DNA from: a candidate division Kazan bacterium GW2011_GWA1_50_15
Lineage (GTDB): Bacteria; Patescibacteriota; Kazan-3B-28
DNA: 64,000 nucleotides
Assembly: GCA_001029795.1 (NCBI GenBank)
Contig: CP011216.1
Coordinates: forward strand, 134,903-198,902
Reading direction: 5' to 3'
Part shown: in pieces, positions 49,304 through 58,524 of the stretch
Position numbering within the stretch: position 1 is the stretch's first letter
Layout: the number at the start of each line of letters is the position of its first letter
Notes under the pieces: model-generated
Told to the model about the DNA's origin: nothing
The model's database searches: none
What the model saw: the letters and a program-made list of their open reading frames with translations, nothing else
Position numbers and translations under genes: made by a program

Positions 49304-50632
49304 ATGGGCACTACCCGGCAAATTTTTGTGGCTCCTAAGTCGAAAACAACCAGTCCGTTCGCTCAACTGCTTGACGCTGCCGAGAGTACTTTGCGTATCT
49401 ATAAAGCGGCTGACCTAGTAGTCGGCGAGGTGACAGCGATTACCAAGAACCGTATCTGGGTAGAGATCGACGGCGGCCGGTTTATCGGCATGATCAGCAA
49501 CCGGGAGCTTCAGGAAGAGGGCATCTCCGCGCCGGACTATCATGTGGGTGACCGGATAACCGCTTCGGTTCTACTACCAGAGAACGACGACGGATTTATG
49601 GTCTTGAGCTTGCGCGACGCACTTGAGAATAAAGGTTGGGAGGCGTTAGAGCGGCGGCGGACGGCTGATGAGATATTCGAAGTGAAGGTGGTAGAGGCCA
49701 ACCGCGGCGGATTGATCGTGGAGGCGGACGGCTTGCGCGGATTCCTGCCGGTATCTCAGCTAGCTCCCGAGCATTATCCCAGAGTCGGCAGCGACAAGGA
49801 TGAAATTTTGAATCGATTGGCCAAATTTGAAGGCAAGATGTTACAGGTCAAAGTGTTGGATCTGGATAAAAGCGTTAATAAATTGATATTCTCCGAGCGG
49901 GTGGCCCGCAAAGGCGAGTTTGATGAACTGGTCGCTGGGATTAATGTGGGCGACACATTAGAAGGAAAGGTTAGCGGAGTAGTAGACTTTGGTATCTTTG
50001 TTAATCTTGGTAAATTAGAGGGGCTGGTCCACATCTCAGAGATCAGCTGGGGGAAGGTTGATCATCCTAGCAACTTTACCAAGGTTGGCGACACCATCAA
50101 CGTGGTGGTAATCGGGATCGAAGAAGATAAGATCTCACTTTCGATGAAGCGGCTGCAGCCTGACCCGTGGTTGGATGTGATCTCGAAGTTTAGCATTGGC
50201 CAGGCAGTAGAGGCCGAAGTAACTCAGATCATGCCGTTCGGGGTATTTGTGAAAGTAGGTGTAGAGGGTGTTGATGGGCTAATTCATATCTCTGAGTTGG
50301 CCCATGAGCATGTGACCGACCCAGCCAGCGTGGTAGCAGTGGGAGACAAACTGAAGTTGAAGGTGATTGATCTGGGCCCGGATAGCCATAGATTGGGGTT
50401 GAGCTTGAAAGCGACTCAGTCACCCAAAGTGGCGGGACCGACCGAGGCCGTGCCGGCGCCAGTCGGTGATCTGGCCAGTCTGGGATTGACCCCGGCGTTA
50501 GTTAAGAAGTTGCAGACAGCCGGTATCGGTACGGTGTTCGAGCTGGAGGGCAAGAGCGAAGCGGAGTTAGAATCCTTGCCGGGTATCGGCAAGGCGACGG
50601 CAGCCAAAATTGTTGCGGCTATGAAGCACTAA
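49304..50632 (+). CDS. rpsA: 30S ribosomal protein S1 (4 S1 domains) with C-terminal HhH
   Basis: GFLPVSQL, EGLVHISEISW, DGLIHISEL; LPGIGKATA HhH tail. Confidence 0.92.
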   Translation: MGTTRQIFVAPKSKTTSPFAQLLDAAESTLRIYKAADLVVGEVTAITKNRIWVEIDGGRFIGMISNRELQEEGISAPDYHVGDRITASVLLPENDDGFMVLSLRDALENKGWEALERRRTADEIFEVKVVEANRGGLIVEADGLRGFLPVSQLAPEHYPRVGSDKDEILNRLAKFEGKMLQVKVLDLDKSVNKLIFSERVARKGEFDELVAGINVGDTLEGKVSGVVDFGIFVNLGKLEGLVHISEISWGKVDHPSNFTKVGDTINVVVIGIEEDKISLSMKRLQPDPWLDVISKFSIGQAVEAEVTQIMPFGVFVKVGVEGVDGLIHISELAHEHVTDPASVVAVGDKLKLKVIDLGPDSHRLGLSLKATQSPKVAGPTEAVPAPVGDLASLGLTPALVKKLQTAGIGTVFELEGKSEAELESLPGIGKATAAKIVAAMKH

Positions 50633-50706
50633 ACTTTTCAGGCGCAATGGGGATTTGGGACTGCCAACGGCTAGTATTTTGAGTCAAAGCAGTCCTTTTT
50701 GTAAGT

Positions 50707-50818
50707 CCTCGGAGGGAGAAAACCAAAAAGGTTTTCCCCCTTCCGACGCCCCGGCTTGCCGGGACTGCCTCCTCCTTTCAAGGAGTTCGCAACCCGGAAT
50801 AAATCCAGATTGCTCACG
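50707..50818. repeat. Structured intergenic element family A, copy 2
   Basis: Near-identical to 6734-6846. Confidence 0.9.
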
Positions 50819-50837
50819 GGATAATAGATTAATTTTT

Positions 50838-52601
50838 ATGACAGACGAGAAAAAACAATTAGTTCTCCCCGGCGTTCTAACGGTCAAGGAGTTGGCCGAG
50901 TTGATCAATGTGCCAGTCACGACCGTGATTAAACAGTTGTTGGGCAATGGAGTGTTGGCGACCATTAACGACAATTTGGATTTCGAAACTGCCGCGGTGG
51001 TAGCGGATGACCTAGGATTCGAGGCAGCGTTAGAACCAACTGAGACTATGTCGGAGGACAGCGCCGAAAAACCAAAGGAGGTCGCGGGAGAACCGCGGGC
51101 TCCGATTGTTACCGTGATGGGACACGTGGACCATGGCAAAACCTCACTGCTGGACTATATTAGAAAAACCAAAGTGGTTGAGGGGGAATCGGGCGGGATT
51201 ACTCAGCATATCGGTGCTTACCAGGTGGACTACAATGGTCGGCGGATCACTTTTCTAGACACTCCCGGGCATGAAGCCTTTTCGACCATCCGGGCGCAAG
51301 GGACTAAGGTAACCGACGTGGCTATCTTAGTGGTGGCAGCCGATGAAGGGATCAAACCACAGACTATTGAAGCGATCGAGTTAGCTAGGGCAGCTGGCGT
51401 GCCGCTCATTGTGGCGATCACTAAGATCGATAAGCCCGAGGCTAACGTGATGCGGGTGGAGCAGGAGCTGGCAGCGCACAATATCGTTACCGAGAAGTGG
51501 GGCGGGAAAGATGTGGTAATTGGGGTGTCGGCTAAAACTGGCCAGGGGGTTGATGAACTATTGGAACTGGTGCTATTGACTGCCGACCTAGCTGAACTGC
51601 GAGCGCCAGCCGAGGGGTTGGCCGAAGGAGTTGTGATCGAAAGCAAACACGATCCCAAAGTAGGAGCCTTGGCTACACTGTTGATCCAGCGCGGGAAACT
51701 GCAGGTAGGAGACCCGTTCGTGGTTGGGAACCATTTTGGCAAGGTCAAGGCGATGGAGGACTATCTGGGTAAGCGTGTTAAACAAGCCGGTCCAGCTCAG
51801 CCGGTGTTGGTCACTGGGTTTACGGCTCCGCCTAGCGTGGGGGAGGTCCTGGCGGCGGTAGCCAGCGATAAGACCGCTCGGGAGATCATCGCACAGAGAA
51901 ATAAACGGGCCACATCTCGGCAGATGTCGGTGCGCACCTCTGACCTGGCTAGATTGGCCAGCCAGATCAGATCTTCACAACTGCATCACATTAATATCGT
52001 GTTAAAGGCGGATGTACAGGGTTCGCTGGAAGCGATCAAACAACAACTAGAGAAGATCAAAACTGACAAAGGTCAGATCCGAATTGTGGCTGAGGGTTTG
52101 GGCAACATCGGCGAATCGGACGTCCAATCGGCCGCGGGCGAGAATGGGTTTGTGGTTGGTTTTAAAGTGGCGGTTAGCCCATCGGCGCGGCGCACGGCCA
52201 AAAAAGACGATATCAAAGTACTAACTTACGATATTATCTATGAGCTCACTGACGATTTGACTCGGATACTGCTGGACTCTATTGGTCCGGAAAAGATCGA
52301 GACCAGCATGGGGCGGGCGACGATCTTGAAGATCTTCCGCGATGCTAGACATGAAAAGATCTTGGGGATGAAGGTGATCTCAGGTAAAGCTCAGTTGGGT
52401 AATACGGTGCGATTTTTTAACGAGAACAAAGAACCGATCGGCGAAGGTGAGATTAAGTTAATCAAGCGGGTAGCAGAGGAGGTGAGTGAGGCAACGGCCG
52501 GCGACGATTTCGGATTCCAGATCGTTACTCACGCTAAAGTCAAAGAAGGCGATGCGGCCGAGTTCGTCCGAGTGGATTATCGTAAGGTCAGCTTGAAGTG
52601 A
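50838..52601 (+). CDS. infB: Translation initiation factor IF-2 (short form)
   Basis: GHVDHGKT, DTPGHEAF, KADVQGSLEA; start placed after the repeat. Confidence 0.96.
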   Translation: MTDEKKQLVLPGVLTVKELAELINVPVTTVIKQLLGNGVLATINDNLDFETAAVVADDLGFEAALEPTETMSEDSAEKPKEVAGEPRAPIVTVMGHVDHGKTSLLDYIRKTKVVEGESGGITQHIGAYQVDYNGRRITFLDTPGHEAFSTIRAQGTKVTDVAILVVAADEGIKPQTIEAIELARAAGVPLIVAITKIDKPEANVMRVEQELAAHNIVTEKWGGKDVVIGVSAKTGQGVDELLELVLLTADLAELRAPAEGLAEGVVIESKHDPKVGALATLLIQRGKLQVGDPFVVGNHFGKVKAMEDYLGKRVKQAGPAQPVLVTGFTAPPSVGEVLAAVASDKTAREIIAQRNKRATSRQMSVRTSDLARLASQIRSSQLHHINIVLKADVQGSLEAIKQQLEKIKTDKGQIRIVAEGLGNIGESDVQSAAGENGFVVGFKVAVSPSARRTAKKDDIKVLTYDIIYELTDDLTRILLDSIGPEKIETSMGRATILKIFRDARHEKILGMKVISGKAQLGNTVRFFNENKEPIGEGEIKLIKRVAEEVSEATAGDDFGFQIVTHAKVKEGDAAEFVRVDYRKVSLK

Positions 52602-53011
52602 GCCATCTGCGCAAAACTAAATTAGAATCTTTGATCCAAGCGATCATCGCCAAGTTTTTGAATGAAGCCCGGCTGCGATGGGGGGTAAGCGATTTGATTA
52701 CGGTGGACCAGGTATTTTTAGCCGCCGATCTGAAGTCGGGCCAAATTTGGGTTAGTTTTATCCCGCATACCAAAGGGTTGGCAGAGAAGAATTTTGCTGT
52801 GCTGGAGCGGCATATGGCTGATATCCAGCGAGAGGTTTTTCACCAGCTGAGTATTAAACGTGTACCAAAATTGACCATTAAACTAGCCGACCCGGAGCAG
52901 TCTTTCCGTTTGCAGGAAATCTTTGATACTCTTGAGGGTCATGGAAACGACAGCGGAACAAATTCTCACGACCCTGAAAGCGGGAAGCAGGATCCTGCTG
53001 GTAACGCATAA
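52598..53011 (+). CDS. rbfA: Ribosome-binding factor A
   Basis: Follows infB; ITV..V....DLK...IWVS, KRVPKL. Confidence 0.75.
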   Translation: MSHLRKTKLESLIQAIIAKFLNEARLRWGVSDLITVDQVFLAADLKSGQIWVSFIPHTKGLAEKNFAVLERHMADIQREVFHQLSIKRVPKLTIKLADPEQSFRLQEIFDTLEGHGNDSGTNSHDPESGKQDPAGNA

Positions 53012-53900
53012 AGACCCCGATGGCGATGCGTTGGGGAGTATGTTGGGGCTGTACGGCGTACTGAGCCGGGAGTTTCATATGGAGGTGGGGCTGGCGGCGG
53101 ATGGGGACGTACCGCAGGCCTACGCATATCTGCCGTACTTTTTTAGAATTAGCGACGGATTTGATCCGCTGAAGTTCGATACGGTGGTGATACTGGACTG
53201 CGGCAGTTGGGCGCGAACTGGATTTTTTGATGATGTGGAGTTGAACATCGCTTGGCCGGAACGGTTGATAGTTATTGACCATCATGCGGTACAAAGACTA
53301 ACTCCGGGTCTGCATTTGGTAGACAGCACCGCTTCATCTACTTCGGAAATTATCTGGCGTCTGATACAAGCGTGGCGAGTGCCGGTAACCAAGGAAGTAG
53401 CGACTTGTTTGCTGACCGGCATTTCGTTCGATACTGGCTCTTTTCAGCACGACAATACTCGTATTGCTACTTTGCAGGCCGCGGCCGGGATGATGGAGGC
53501 GGGGGCGAGCTTGAATAAAATCGTTAGCGGGATATATCTCGGCAAAAGCGTGGCGAGGTTGAAACTATGGGGTAAGGTGTTGGGACGCTTAAAGTACGAT
53601 CATGGCCGCAAGTTGAGCGTGTCGATGGTGACACAAGCCGATTTGAAAGAATGCGGGGCGGGGCCAGATGATATTGAAGGCCTGGTGAATCTAATGAACA
53701 CGGTCCCGGGGACCAAGTTCACTTTGCTATTGTCGGAAGAAAAGGAGGGTCGGCTGAAGGGAAGTTTTCGGACCGAGGACGACGCGGTGGACGTGGCGAA
53801 GCTAGCGAAGCTCTTGGGAGGCGGGGGACACAAAAAGGCCGCCGGATTTGCGGTGCCGGCGGAGTTGGTGATGGACGGGCAGGTCTGGAAAGTGCTCTAG
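52941..53900 (+). CDS. DHH family phosphoesterase (NrnA-like)
   Basis: HKDPDGDALGS, IDHH, DTGSF, GGGGHKKAAG. Confidence 0.92.
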   Translation: METTAEQILTTLKAGSRILLVTHKDPDGDALGSMLGLYGVLSREFHMEVGLAADGDVPQAYAYLPYFFRISDGFDPLKFDTVVILDCGSWARTGFFDDVELNIAWPERLIVIDHHAVQRLTPGLHLVDSTASSTSEIIWRLIQAWRVPVTKEVATCLLTGISFDTGSFQHDNTRIATLQAAAGMMEAGASLNKIVSGIYLGKSVARLKLWGKVLGRLKYDHGRKLSVSMVTQADLKECGAGPDDIEGLVNLMNTVPGTKFTLLLSEEKEGRLKGSFRTEDDAVDVAKLAKLLGGGGHKKAAGFAVPAELVMDGQVWKVL

Positions 53901-54574
53901 GATTGTTTTTCGAGGGCTTGGGCGGCGGCATTCATCTCGGCCTCGCGTTTGCTGGTGCCGGTGCCGGTGGCGACTTTTTTGTTGCCGACATACAATCCCA
54001 CAGTAAAGATCCGATCGTGATCTGGGCCGGTGGTTTGCTCTAATTTGTAGTGCGGGGTGGTGCCGTCTTGCTCTTGGACAATTTCCTGGAATCGGCTTTT
54101 GGCGTCGATGTGTTCCTCGGCTTTGACGATGGCCTCCAGGCGAGGCAGGAGAAATTGTTTAAGGAATTTATCCACGGCCGGCAGGCCTTGGTCCAAAAAT
54201 AGCGCGCCGATGAAGGCCTCGGCGGCATTGCTTAATATCATCGATTTGGCCTTGTCCGCGTTACCGGCTTCACCCTTGCTCAAACGCAGATAGTTCTCGA
54301 AGTGGAGTTCTTTGCCGATCTCACTTAAAGTGTTGCGACGCACCAGAGCGGCGCGCAGGTTGGTCAGTTCACCCTCGGGCTTATCCGGGAACTTAGCGTA
54401 TAAGAATTGGGTAACGATCAGTTCCACTACCGCGTCGCCCAAAAACTCCAGCCGTTCATTGTGGCCGGTGACTTCAGGATGTTCATTCAAATACGACCGA
54501 TGGGTGAAAGCTTGCTCGTAGAGAGCGGTGTTGGTAAGCGATAATCCGATCGTGTTAGCGAGTTCATCGAACAT
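53897..54574 (-). CDS. rnc: Ribonuclease III
   Basis: HNERLEFLGDAV plus dsRBD. Confidence 0.97.
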   Translation of the reverse strand: MFDELANTIGLSLTNTALYEQAFTHRSYLNEHPEVTGHNERLEFLGDAVVELIVTQFLYAKFPDKPEGELTNLRAALVRRNTLSEIGKELHFENYLRLSKGEAGNADKAKSMILSNAAEAFIGALFLDQGLPAVDKFLKQFLLPRLEAIVKAEEHIDAKSRFQEIVQEQDGTTPHYKLEQTTGPDHDRIFTVGLYVGNKKVATGTGTSKREAEMNAAAQALEKQS

Positions 54575-54576
54575 TA

Positions 54577-55026
54577 CTATTTGGGCTTTTCATCTTCGGG
54601 CTTGTATTTGGCGGAGGTGCGGAAGACAGTGCCCAGCACTCCGTTGACGAATTTGCTGGAGTTCTCACCGCCAAAGGCTTTGGCTAATTCAACCGCCTCA
54701 TTGATGGCGGCTTTGGGCGGAACCTCGTCATCGAATAGTAGTTCAAAAATAGCTAATCGCAAGATGCTTAAGTCGACCTGAGCGATCTGAGGGATGGGCC
54801 ATTCTGGAGCCGAGGCAGTGATGATGGCGTCGATCTCCTCCATATGCCGCTTCAGGCCGGCAACGGCCTTATGGATGAACTTCAGATTATTCTCCTCGAA
54901 CTCATGCCTCCCTAGATGCCGCTCGATGATCTTGGCTAAATCCTCATCGTCGCGCTGTTGCCACTCGTACAGCGCCTGCATAAGGAGGATACGGGCAAAA
55001 TGTCGGTTGGAAGCCATATCGTCCAA
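54577..55026 (-). CDS. nusB: Transcription antitermination factor NusB
   Basis: AINEAVELAKAFG..S.KFVNGVLG. Confidence 0.95.
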   Translation of the reverse strand: MDDMASNRHFARILLMQALYEWQQRDDEDLAKIIERHLGRHEFEENNLKFIHKAVAGLKRHMEEIDAIITASAPEWPIPQIAQVDLSILRLAIFELLFDDEVPPKAAINEAVELAKAFGGENSSKFVNGVLGTVFRTSAKYKPEDEKPK

Positions 55027-55168
55027 ATCCTTTCACTTTAACGGAAAGTCGCGGTCGCTCCTTTCCTTTTGAGGCTCAAGGATTTCTCCTCTCCCTAAAA
55101 TATTCTAGCGAAGCGAATATTTTAGGGTACCCCTTTTATAATCTAACCAATCTAACCGATTTCAATGA

Positions 55169-55492
55169 CTATTCCTGGTCGGTGTGGAATTCTTCGCCAG
55201 TATTTTTCGGAGTGTTGATCGTTTTATGGGTGGTTTTGGGTTGGGTAGCTTTCTTTGGGACCGATGGTTTGTCTGGTTTGGTCTTCTCAAGAGTTTTATG
55301 TACCTTGCTTTCTAGTTTAGTAGAGAGCACCTTGGCCCGACCATAGTAACCGCACTCGGGACACGCTCGATGCGGGAGTTTTAGGACTTTACATTTGGCG
55401 CACAGTACTAACCGCGGCAGGGTCGCGCGCCAGTGGGCCCGGCGGGTTTTCCCCCTGACTTTGCTAATTTTCTTCTTGGGTTGGGCAGACAT
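55169..55492 (-). CDS. rpmF: 50S ribosomal protein L32 with C-terminal extension
   Basis: PKKKISK.R...RRAH, CAKC..LPHRACPECGYY. Confidence 0.93.
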   Translation of the reverse strand: MSAQPKKKISKVRGKTRRAHWRATLPRLVLCAKCKVLKLPHRACPECGYYGRAKVLSTKLESKVHKTLEKTKPDKPSVPKKATQPKTTHKTINTPKNTGEEFHTDQE

Positions 55493-55545
55493 TTAAAGGG
55501 GAATTTAAACTTTAGAATTAAAAATTAAGAATTCGGGGACAAGAT

Positions 55546-55965
55546 TTATGCTTCGGTGAGATTAAGATTTTCGCCGGTAGTAGGGTCGAGGCCTTTGCAG
55601 TCTGGTTTACATACGACTTGCAACGGCAGGCTGATGGAGACTTCCTGCGCGATGGCTAGATCGGTGTCTAGTTCACCATCGCCAACTGCCAGAACCTCGG
55701 GGTCATCAGAGGGGACGAGTGAATATTCGCGATCAAAGCTCAAGGGCAGCTGTTCGCGGAACGACTCCAAGCATTTGTCGCAGTTCAGATTTAGGCTGGC
55801 GGTGATATCGAATTTGGCCAAAATCGACTGATCAAGTCGAGTCAGCAGCACCTTCCCCTGGATCTGAGCTGAGTTCCGGTCTGGGATGGCGACCTCCTCA
55901 TCGAGCCCATGCTCTGAGGTAGCACTAACCTCCTTACTGATCAGCTTGCTTACATCAACTTTCAT
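55546..55965 (-). CDS. YceD/DUF177 family protein
   Basis: CDKCL...P...CKPDCKGL; upstream of rpmF. Confidence 0.85.
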   Translation of the reverse strand: MKVDVSKLISKEVSATSEHGLDEEVAIPDRNSAQIQGKVLLTRLDQSILAKFDITASLNLNCDKCLESFREQLPLSFDREYSLVPSDDPEVLAVGDGELDTDLAIAQEVSISLPLQVVCKPDCKGLDPTTGENLNLTEA

Positions 55966-56017
55966 CGTGTACAGGAGGTATTATAGGAGAGAAAAGTGTG
56001 GCTGACAACCCTCATTC

Positions 56018-56046
56018 TTGACATCCAGCTCCTTGCCAGCTAAAAT
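56018..56046 (+). promoter_or_regulatory. Sigma70 promoter of the rpsP operon
   Basis: TTGACA-N17-TAAAAT. Confidence 0.75.
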
Positions 56047-56076
56047 CCTTATGTATATCAGGTAAGCCGAAATGCT

Positions 56077-56646
56077 TTGTTAGTACTCCGTTTAGCTCGT
56101 ACCGGACGCCGGAATCAGCCGAAATACCGTCTGGTCGTAGCCGAAAACAGTAAGCCTTTGGATGGGAAAGTGGTTGAGGTGGTGGGGCACTACAATCCGA
56201 CTGACCCCAATAAACCTCTGGTTATCGAAAAAGAGGTGATTTCCGCGTGGCTCGGGAAGGGCGCGATGCCATCTAACACCGTGGCTAAACTTTTGAATAA
56301 AGAGGGTTTTAACCTGCCGGTACACCAGCATCCGGTCCGGCCGGCCAAGAAAGCGCCGAAGGGGGAAGCGGCTCCGGCAGCTCCTGCTGCGGACCTGCCC
56401 TCCGAAGCTATAACGGAGGAGGCGCCCAAGGAAGAATTGGCTGCGGTGACAGAAGAAGCCGCACCAGAGGCAGTTTCCGAAGCCGTGTCCGAAACACCAG
56501 TTGAAGAAGTACCAGTCGAATCGGTAGTGGAAACAGCCTCCGAAGCTCCGGCTACCAAAGCAGAGGCTCCAGCCAAACCGGTGGCCGAAGAGGTCCCAGC
56601 GCAAGAAAGCGAGACCAAGCCAGAGGGCGAGGCGGGCGCAGAATAA
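56077..56646 (+). CDS. rpsP: 30S ribosomal protein S16 with acidic Glu/Ala/Pro tail
   Basis: LRLAR.GR...P.YRLVVA, G.YNP, W...GA.PS.TV. Confidence 0.94.
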   Translation: MLVLRLARTGRRNQPKYRLVVAENSKPLDGKVVEVVGHYNPTDPNKPLVIEKEVISAWLGKGAMPSNTVAKLLNKEGFNLPVHQHPVRPAKKAPKGEAAPAAPAADLPSEAITEEAPKEELAAVTEEAAPEAVSEAVSETPVEEVPVESVVETASEAPATKAEAPAKPVAEEVPAQESETKPEGEAGAE

Positions 56647-56688
56647 TCTTGATTTTAATTATATCGTTAATTCGTGAGCGAGGGAGAT

Positions 56689-57054
56689 ATGGCAGAGAAA
56701 GATCAGGAATTCGTTGAATACGCGGTGCGGGCGATCGTTGAAAATCCCGACAAGGTCAAGGTCGAGCGGACCATCGACGAGCGGGGCGTACTATTGTCGC
56801 TGGAGGTTGACCCAGCCGATATGGGCAAGATCATTGGCAAAGACGGGCGGACCGCCAAAGCCATCCGCACTCTTCTCAGGGTGCTGGGCGCTCAGAATGA
56901 CGCGCGGGTGAATCTGAAAATTATTGAGCCGGAAGGCGGTCTGGGCCGGGCTTCCGAGCGGGCGGAACGGACTGAACCGGTCGCCGAGCCGGTGGCCGCA
57001 GTCGATATGCCTGAGACAACTTCAAAAGAAGACCTCGGCGCGTTGGAAGAGTAA
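56689..57054 (+). CDS. khpA: KH domain RNA-binding protein
   Basis: DMGKIIGKDGRTAKAIRTLL; follows rpsP. Confidence 0.9.
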   Translation: MAEKDQEFVEYAVRAIVENPDKVKVERTIDERGVLLSLEVDPADMGKIIGKDGRTAKAIRTLLRVLGAQNDARVNLKIIEPEGGLGRASERAERTEPVAEPVAAVDMPETTSKEDLGALEE

Positions 57055-57135
57055 TCGTTGATTAAATTGACAGCCAACAAGAGCCCCTTGTGGGCTCCTG
57101 TTTTGTTTTTAGAACAGGACACTAGTTCTTACTGT

Positions 57136-57167
57136 GCACTACTTTGAACGGCCGTTCAGGGTAGTGC
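57136..57167. repeat. 32-bp palindrome, upstream copy
   Basis: GCACTACTTTGAACGGCCGTTCAGGGTAGTGC. Confidence 0.9.
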
Positions 57168-57179
57168 TACAATATTATC

Positions 57180-57650
57180 ATGAAAACAAGTAGAACGGCG
57201 TGGCGACTGATGAAATATTTTATGCGACTCTCGGATGAGATAGGGGAACTTGTCTTGGATGAGTTGCGACAACGCAAACTGCGCAAGAGCCCGCGGGCGG
57301 GGGAAGGTAGATCCTTTCGTTATCTGAAGCAGGCGGGTTATCTTGTTCCATTAGGAGAAAATCGTTTTCAGATTACTGATCTTGCGCGGATTAATTTTTT
57401 AGCCGAACTGGTCAAGGGACGCAAACCAGACGGTCAGTGGAGAATAGTGATTTTTGATATTCCTGAAAAATTGAAACGCAGTCGCAATGTCTTTCGCCGT
57501 CATCTTAGAGAATTGGGCTTCCGAATGAAACAACAGAGCGTATGGGTGTCGCCGTTACCCTGTGATGATTTGGTGGAGTTGGTAATAAAATATCATGGTC
57601 TGGGTCGGTACGCCGAGTTGTTGGTAGGGACAACAGTAGCACTACACTGA
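57180..57650 (+). CDS. PaaX-like protein (wHTH-like plus Cas2-like central domain)
   Basis: DGQWRIVIFDIPEKLKRSRNVFRRHL.ELGF...QQSVWVSP. Confidence 0.8.
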   Translation: MKTSRTAWRLMKYFMRLSDEIGELVLDELRQRKLRKSPRAGEGRSFRYLKQAGYLVPLGENRFQITDLARINFLAELVKGRKPDGQWRIVIFDIPEKLKRSRNVFRRHLRELGFRMKQQSVWVSPLPCDDLVELVIKYHGLGRYAELLVGTTVALH

Positions 57651-57670
57651 ACGGCCGTTCAGTGTAGTGC
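57639..57670. repeat. 32-bp perfect palindrome, downstream copy
   Basis: GCACTACACTGAACGGCCGTTCAGTGTAGTGC, overlapping the stop codon. Confidence 0.9.
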
Positions 57671-57747
57671 ACAATGTAATGCACAATGAGATTGACGAGG
57701 TGGGGTGCATAAAGGTATGGTGCTGATGTGAAATTTATGGTGCTGAT

Positions 57748-58467
57748 ATGAAGTTTACGGTGATAACGATTTTTCCGGGGTTGGTGGAGGATTATTTCAA
57801 GGAAGGGATTTTGTCCCGGGCTTTGCGGAACAAGCAGGTTGGATTAAAAGCGATTAATCCGCGCAAGTTTACGAAGGATAAGCATCAGACCGTGGATGAT
57901 GTGCCGTATGGCGGGGGGGCGGGGCTGGTCATGAAGTTGGAGCCGCTGGTGGCGGCAATTAAACAAGCGGCGAAGTCTCGTTTTCGTCATTCCGAACTTG
58001 TTTCGGAATCTAGTTATGAAACGGGGAAGATCCTGAAACGAGTTCAGGATGACGGGAAAAAAGTAAGAATTATTTTATTAGATCCGAGGGGGAGGCGGTT
58101 TACGCAGAAAGAAGCGAAGCGGCTGACGAAATATGATGAATTGATTTTTGTGTGTGGAAGATACGAAGGGATAGATGAAAGAATTAAACATTATATTGAC
58201 GAGAAATTGTCAATCGGGGATTTTGTGTTGATGGGTGGAGAATTGGGGGCGCTGACGGTAATGGAAGCGGTGGCGCGATTAATTCCAAATGTGTTGCATC
58301 ATCCGGAATCGACAAAATTTGAAAGTTTTTCCGAAGGAAATAATTTGGAACATCCGCAGTACACTCGGCCGGAGGTATTCGAGGGGCATAAAGTGCCGAA
58401 GGTACTTTTGTCTGGGCATCATGGGAAAATTGGGACGTGGAGAGAGAAACAGACCAAGAAAGCTTGA
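57748..58467 (+). CDS. trmD: tRNA (guanine-N1)-methyltransferase with in-frame palindromic insertion
   Basis: DDVPYGGGAG, CGRYEGIDER, SIGDFVLMGGE, PQYTRP. Confidence 0.96.
   Translation: MKFTVITIFPGLVEDYFKEGILSRALRNKQVGLKAINPRKFTKDKHQTVDDVPYGGGAGLVMKLEPLVAAIKQAAKSRFRHSELVSESSYETGKILKRVQDDGKKVRIILLDPRGRRFTQKEAKRLTKYDELIFVCGRYEGIDERIKHYIDEKLSIGDFVLMGGELGALTVMEAVARLIPNVLHHPESTKFESFSEGNNLEHPQYTRPEVFEGHKVPKVLLSGHHGKIGTWREKQTKKA
57985..58054. repeat. REP/RPE-like palindrome inside trmD
   Basis: CGTCATTCCGAAC..TTCGGAATC....GATCCTGAA..TTCAGGATGACG. Confidence 0.8.
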
Positions 58468-58524
58468 TTTTTTGCCTTAGGTTTTTTTGTCATTCCGGAT
58501 TTAGCTCGGAATCCTTTTTGTTTT

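Noticed and set aside
50655-50837. Long N-terminal extension of IF-2, and ORF 6755-6946
   Set aside because: Both are translations of repeat family A; infB likely starts at 50838.
55030-55135. Hairpins between nusB and rpmF (similar small hairpin at about 6171-6197)
   Set aside because: Too short and degenerate to assign to a family by eye.
57136-57670. CRISPR array with cas2
   Set aside because: There are only two palindromes, separated by a whole gene, with no spacers or cas1; the protein is PaaX-like.
57716-57757. 20-nt tandem duplication at the trmD start
   Set aside because: A single local duplication with no evidence of function.
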